A DNA stretch of 60,464 nucleotides from Octopus bimaculoides (taxonomy: Eukaryota): positions 13,374,701 to 13,435,164 of the forward strand of contig NC_068996.1 of assembly GCF_001194135.2 (NCBI RefSeq), given 5' to 3'. This document shows positions 55,599-60,464 of this stretch, piece by piece (the first letter of the stretch is position 1; every line of letters begins with the position of its first letter). The position numbers were made by a program, and so were the translations under genes. The notes under the pieces are model-generated. The model saw only the letters and a list, made by a program, of their open reading frames with translations, was not told where the DNA came from and made no database searches.

Positions 55599-56899
55599 AA
55601 CCCAATATTTACAACTTTCCAAAATATAATTATTTCATGTGTATGTATTATATCATTTTATACACGGTAAAGCATGAATCAAGACTGAAGTGAATATAAC
55701 TACTTGAAAACTTTAGATATCAATGGTAATTATAAGAATATGGAGGTATTCTCATTAGCAGAAAAAAAGAAGGGAGTCCCATTACAGAGGTTTTCCGCAG
55801 TTTATTAACGGTTCTTCAGGGGATACATACGCGATTTTATCCCACAATCTTTCCCTTAGAATATTAAAATGCTATGCAAAGCAGTCATATATTAAGTTAT
55901 TACTATAGTGGATCGCATAATTAACATAATTGTGTTTATGATAGTTTGTCATTAATCAATCTTCACAAAACAGCGTAAGTTAGAGGCAGTGAATATATAA
56001 TTACTAGAGATCGCTGCTGTGATAGTAAGAATATTTCTTCAATAATTTCAAATTCCGGTCACTCAGAAGTGCCATCTTATTTTGGGTTTACAGGGATCGC
56101 AGAATCCTTGTCTTTACATGCTTCTAGTTTCCTATCACAAACAGGTTTTCTAATATTTATATTCGCTCCAATCTTATGTTCGCACGCACGAGTGTGTGTG
56201 TGTGTGCGCACGTGCACAGAAACCTTGCAGCAACTATAACTATTTTGTATTAATTTCTGAAAATTTAAGCTTTCGTATTCGGCATTGGTCTGTCTCTTAC
56301 ATTTCTCTACCATGCTGAAGGGTTTGCTTTATTTTTTTCCAGTTCTCTGTAATTCCCGAATCACTACTCCGTTATAATGTATGCGCACGTGTATGCATAT
56401 AGATACATACATATACTCACACACGCATATATATACAGATCGGAAGAGNNNNNNNNNNNNNNNNNNNNNNNNTATATATATATATGTATGTATGTATGTA
56501 TATATATATTCATATATGTGTGCTAATATGCCATATTGTACAAAGTATAAATCAGACACCTGGTGATGTACTGAATGACATATGCCAAACTAAATCAATT
56601 GAAATTAGCCTTTTAGTAGTAGAAAGACAACAAACACCTTGAGGCAGCTTTTAGTCGCTGTCAAAGGAAACACGATTTAATTTTTAGAAATTAAAAATTA
56701 ATTTTTGTCAAAGGAAATGCAATTTAATTTTAAGAAATTATAAATTAATTATATAAAATAAAACTTAATTTTTATGGTTAGTGGAAAAATCTGAATAATC
56801 TCCGAAGACAATAAAGAATACACTATCAAGCTTAGAAATTTCGATTCCTTTGTGCGTAGGTGTTGAAAATAGTAAGATAAATATTGAGTTGATTGCACA

Positions 56900-57170
56900 T
56901 GGCCAATTGATAAGCTTGTTTCTTGATCATAATGTCGTGGGTTCTATTCTTGGACGAGTGAAGCCATGTGTCTTCGAGTAGGCTCTTCATTTCACGTTGC
57001 TCTTGATAACCCAGATCTCTAAGTGAACGATCATGTAACTAGTGCAGCTCTCCCCATCCCATCGTTCAGATCTTTAATTTTCCACTGGGCCTGGTGTGGG
57101 AGGGCTGAGAGTATATCTATTTCAGGCTACCTAAAACAATTAGCGAAAGTGTCATAAAATCTATCAATTC
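56900..57170 (+). mobile_element. Degraded SINE (CORE-like box)
   Basis: GGGTTCTATTC..ATGTGTCTTCGAGTAGGCTCTTCATTTCACGTTGCTC. Confidence 0.5.
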
Positions 57171-57430
57171 CTACACGTTTTCGAGAGACAAAATAATATT
57201 TTCAGTTCAATTATTTCAAAACATTTCTCTATATTTTCTCTAAATATGGTAATTTATGATATTATTTCTATTTCTATTCTTTTGACGTTTTTATTGTTTT
57301 AAGTTTTATGTTAGCAGTTGGAATTTTATCTTTAACTGATTTATAATTTCTCCATATTCTCTTTATGACTGATATAAAAATATTATAAATAAAACACATA
57401 GAAACACACACACACACACACACACACACG

Positions 57431-57463
<33 letters not shown>

Positions 57464-57969
57464 TATGGCTGTAATGGATTCTATAGTTATTCGTAATTTA
57501 TTTGCCTACAAAGGCATGTGCATCGCAGACACATACCACTGTAGTTAATACATTTGTAATCGCACCATTTTGAACATTATGAGCTCTCCCTCTCTCATCT
57601 CACTATCTCTCTCTCTCGCTCTCTCTTTCTCTCTCTCTGTCTCTTTACCTCTTCCTCCTACCTTCATAACCCCCGTCTCTCCCTCTCGGCATTACTTGAA
57701 CTGATGTTTGCATCAAGGTGTTATGTACCAATCTGATTTGCGCTTTGTAAATGTTATATACGCACACACGCGACTGCACACACACACACACACACATACA
57801 CACACACACACACACTCACACGCGCACACATGTACACGCATACAAACACACGTATATATATATATATACATATCTATATATGTATATTCAAATATATATA
57901 TATATATATATATCAATATGCATATATGTATATATCTATCTCAATCTTTCTATATATGTATACACACGC

Positions 57970-58045
<76 letters not shown>

Positions 58046-58344
58046 TCACACACATACATATATACACATATATACATCTATATATATATACACACAAACA
58101 CACGCATATATATATGTATATGTTTATGTAGATATAAGTATATACATAAGTATGTATGAATGAGTATCATTGCTGTCTATGTATGCGTGTATGTATGTAT
58201 GTATGTATGTATGCATGTATGTATGTATGCATGTATGTATATATGTATGTATGTATGTATGTACGTAAGTATGTATGTATGTACGTGTGTATGTGTATGT
58301 GTGTGTGTGTGTGTGTTTGTGTATGAAAGTATATATGTTCATAT

Positions 58345-58900
58345 TTAACTCCATAATTTTGTGATTTCGTTCTTTTAATACTGTTGCCTCGTAAGTCACA
58401 TTTTATAAGCTAGTTTCCATTCATCAGGCTTCGTCTTCGTATGCTGCGATTGCATCTATTTTTATTGACTTCTGGCTTCGAAATATATCTGTTTATGGAT
58501 CGTATCGTGAATTTTCTGTTTTTTCGTGCGGTGTTACTAACTTTCTGCTTGTCGCAATTCAGTTGAGCTGCTTATGACACCTGTATGGTGATCGGTCTTA
58601 TAAAGGTTTCGCTATGTTTCACGCTTCCTTTACGTGATTTGACTAAGGCAATGCTTCTTTTCCGGTTGAATTTCGTTTATCGTTTGTTTTTAAGGCTCCC
58701 AGGGTCTCATCATAGAATAGAGCTGCGTCAAAGAAAATTGATTAGTCGGATTATATTGTGGAGATTTTCCGGTTAATGTTTCTGATTGGCTTCTTAATGA
58801 GTGAAAGTGGGTAGTTTATGCACTTGTTTAGATAATGGCTTGTTGTGAGCTTGTTTGCATAATCGTTCTGGTACCTGCGAGGTTACTGCGTAGTTAAAAC
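58345..58900 (-). mobile_element. Penelope-like element relic (RT thumb, linker and start of GIY-YIG)
   Basis: YLNKCINYPLSLIKKPIRNINRKIS..IFFDAALFYDETL; RKRSIALVK..ETFIRPI; CNRS..LMNGN (cf. CNCR..CPLNGNC); VTYEATV. Confidence 0.75.
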
Positions 58901-59278
58901 CAACCTAATAAATAGGAAATTAAATATGTGGACTTTGTTTGGATAGTTATGCTGCGATTTAAATGTTTGATAGCATTTATTTGGCATTTTCTAAATTTAT
59001 TTAAACGTACTAGAAACATTGAAAAAGTCTTCAGTCAACCCTGGATGGTACTAAAGGAGAACCTTAAACAGTGTTCTAAAATAATCACAGTAGAACTGCA
59101 TACGAAGCTAAACGATGAAAAGAAGGACAAACAAATTAATAAGTTAATAAATGACTTGCTCTAATAAAGCATATAATGAGTACTTGCTCATTCGTGTGTT
59201 GACAAACAAGTGGATTTGATTACGCACAAACACACAAACACAAATACACACACAAAAATACACACACACACATACACA

Positions 59279-59440
59279 TGCAGGAGTAGCTGTGCCGTAA
59301 TAAGCTTGCTTCCCAACCACATGGTTTCGAGTTTAGACTCACTTCATCGAACCTTCGGCAAGCGTCTTCTACTATAGCCACGGGCTGACCAAAGTCTCGT
59401 GAGAGACTTTCGTTGATGGAAACTTAAAGAAGTCTGTCGA
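59279..59440 (+). mobile_element. tRNA-derived SINE
   Basis: GCAGGAGTAGCTGTG..AAGCTTGCTTCCCAACCACATGGTTTCGAGTT..CCTTCGGCAAGCGTCTTCTACTATAGCC. Confidence 0.75.
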
Positions 59441-59783
59441 ATATAACACACACTTAGGCACACATACATATATATAGGTACGTAGTGTGTGTGTGTGTCT
59501 TTCTGTCTCGCCACTACCACTTGACAACTAGTGTTGGTGTGTTTACGGCCCCGTTAACTACATGCTTATATATATATTTTTTTCTCTCCTTTTTTCGCTC
59601 CTTTTCTTCTCTCCTTTTTTCTCTCCTTTTTTTCTCTCCTTGTTTCTCTCCTTGTTTCTTTCTGTGTTCCTTTCTGTTGAAGAGCGTAGGCTCTAAACGT
59701 GATAGACTTTCTCTATTCCCGAGCGTTATACTAATACATACATTTGTTCTTTACACCACCTGTCTTCGTCAGTTGTTTTTGCA

Positions 59784-59841
<58 letters not shown>

Positions 59842-59875
59842 TTTTCTCTCTCTCGCTATACATAAAATCTTGCAA

Positions 59876-59917
<42 letters not shown>

Positions 59918-59931
59918 TAGTGTGTGTGTGT

Positions 59932-60135
59932 GTGAGTGTCTTTCTGTCTCCCCACTATCACTTGACAACTAGTGTTGTTGGTGTATTTACGGTCCCGTTA
60001 CCTAGCGGTTCGGCAAAGATCCCGGTAAAATAGGTACTAGGCTTAAAATGTAAGTCCTGGGGTCAATTTGTTCGACTAAACACTTCAAGGCGGTGACCCA
60101 GTATAGCCGCAGTCAAATGACTGAAACAAGTAAAA
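59932..60135 (-). mobile_element. SINE; its end is duplicated at about 59490-59545
   Basis: CTGTCTC.CCACTA.CACTTGACAACTAGTGTT..GGTGT.TTTACGG.CCCGTTA occurs twice, and the body is shared with 1870-1950. Confidence 0.75.
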
Positions 60136-60464
60136 GAAAATACACACACACACACACACACGCACACACACTCACACACACACACACACACACACATATA
60201 TGTATGTATATATGTATGTATATATGTATGTACGTATGTATGTAATGTATGTATTTATGTGTATGTATGTATGCATGTATGTATGTATGTATGTATGTAA
60301 TGTGTGTACCTGTATGTATATAAAGTATTCATTCTACAGAGAATATGAAATAAATGGAATACCGTACAGGATCAGTTCTTAGCATTAAATTCCCTTCTTG
60401 TGGAAATTATCTCCCTTTCTCAGTCTATGCCTATTATATATATATATATATATATATATACATA

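Noticed and set aside
58407-58431. AAGC CTGATGA ATG GAAA CTAGCTT (minus strand) as a hammerhead
   Set aside because: There is no stem II, and it lies inside the Penelope coding motif LMNGN (cf. CPLNGNC), so it is best explained as coding sequence.

Overview
AT-rich, microsatellite-dense eukaryotic genomic DNA with 12 assembly gaps. The repeat content (tRNA-derived SINE families plus extreme TA/CA/TAGA/AAT microsatellite load) suggests a cephalopod, probably octopus; this is inference. No intact host protein-coding gene is supported, and almost all listed ORFs are translations of microsatellites or N-gaps. The window is a transposon graveyard. LINEs: several Dong/R4-like fragments, a HERO-like N-terminus, an RTE and a Tx1/L1-like element. 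Others: a Penelope-like relic, a mariner (DD34D), a maT-like element (DD37D), a Tc1 relic, an old hAT relic, an OTU-bearing Helitron and many SINEs. The most notable signal is a set of minimal type I hammerhead ribozyme folds, identified by eye, in at least three unrelated small repeats. One is at 51589-51633 (+), with all helices paired and a self-complementary stem III; one at 6768-6813 (-), inside a tRNA-headed SINE; and one at 1631-1676 (-). A weaker candidate lies at 44277-44315. A fold-back repeat family (362-767, 49888-50312) carries hammerhead-like motifs that do not fully fit the fold. All homology calls come from motif recognition, not database searches.
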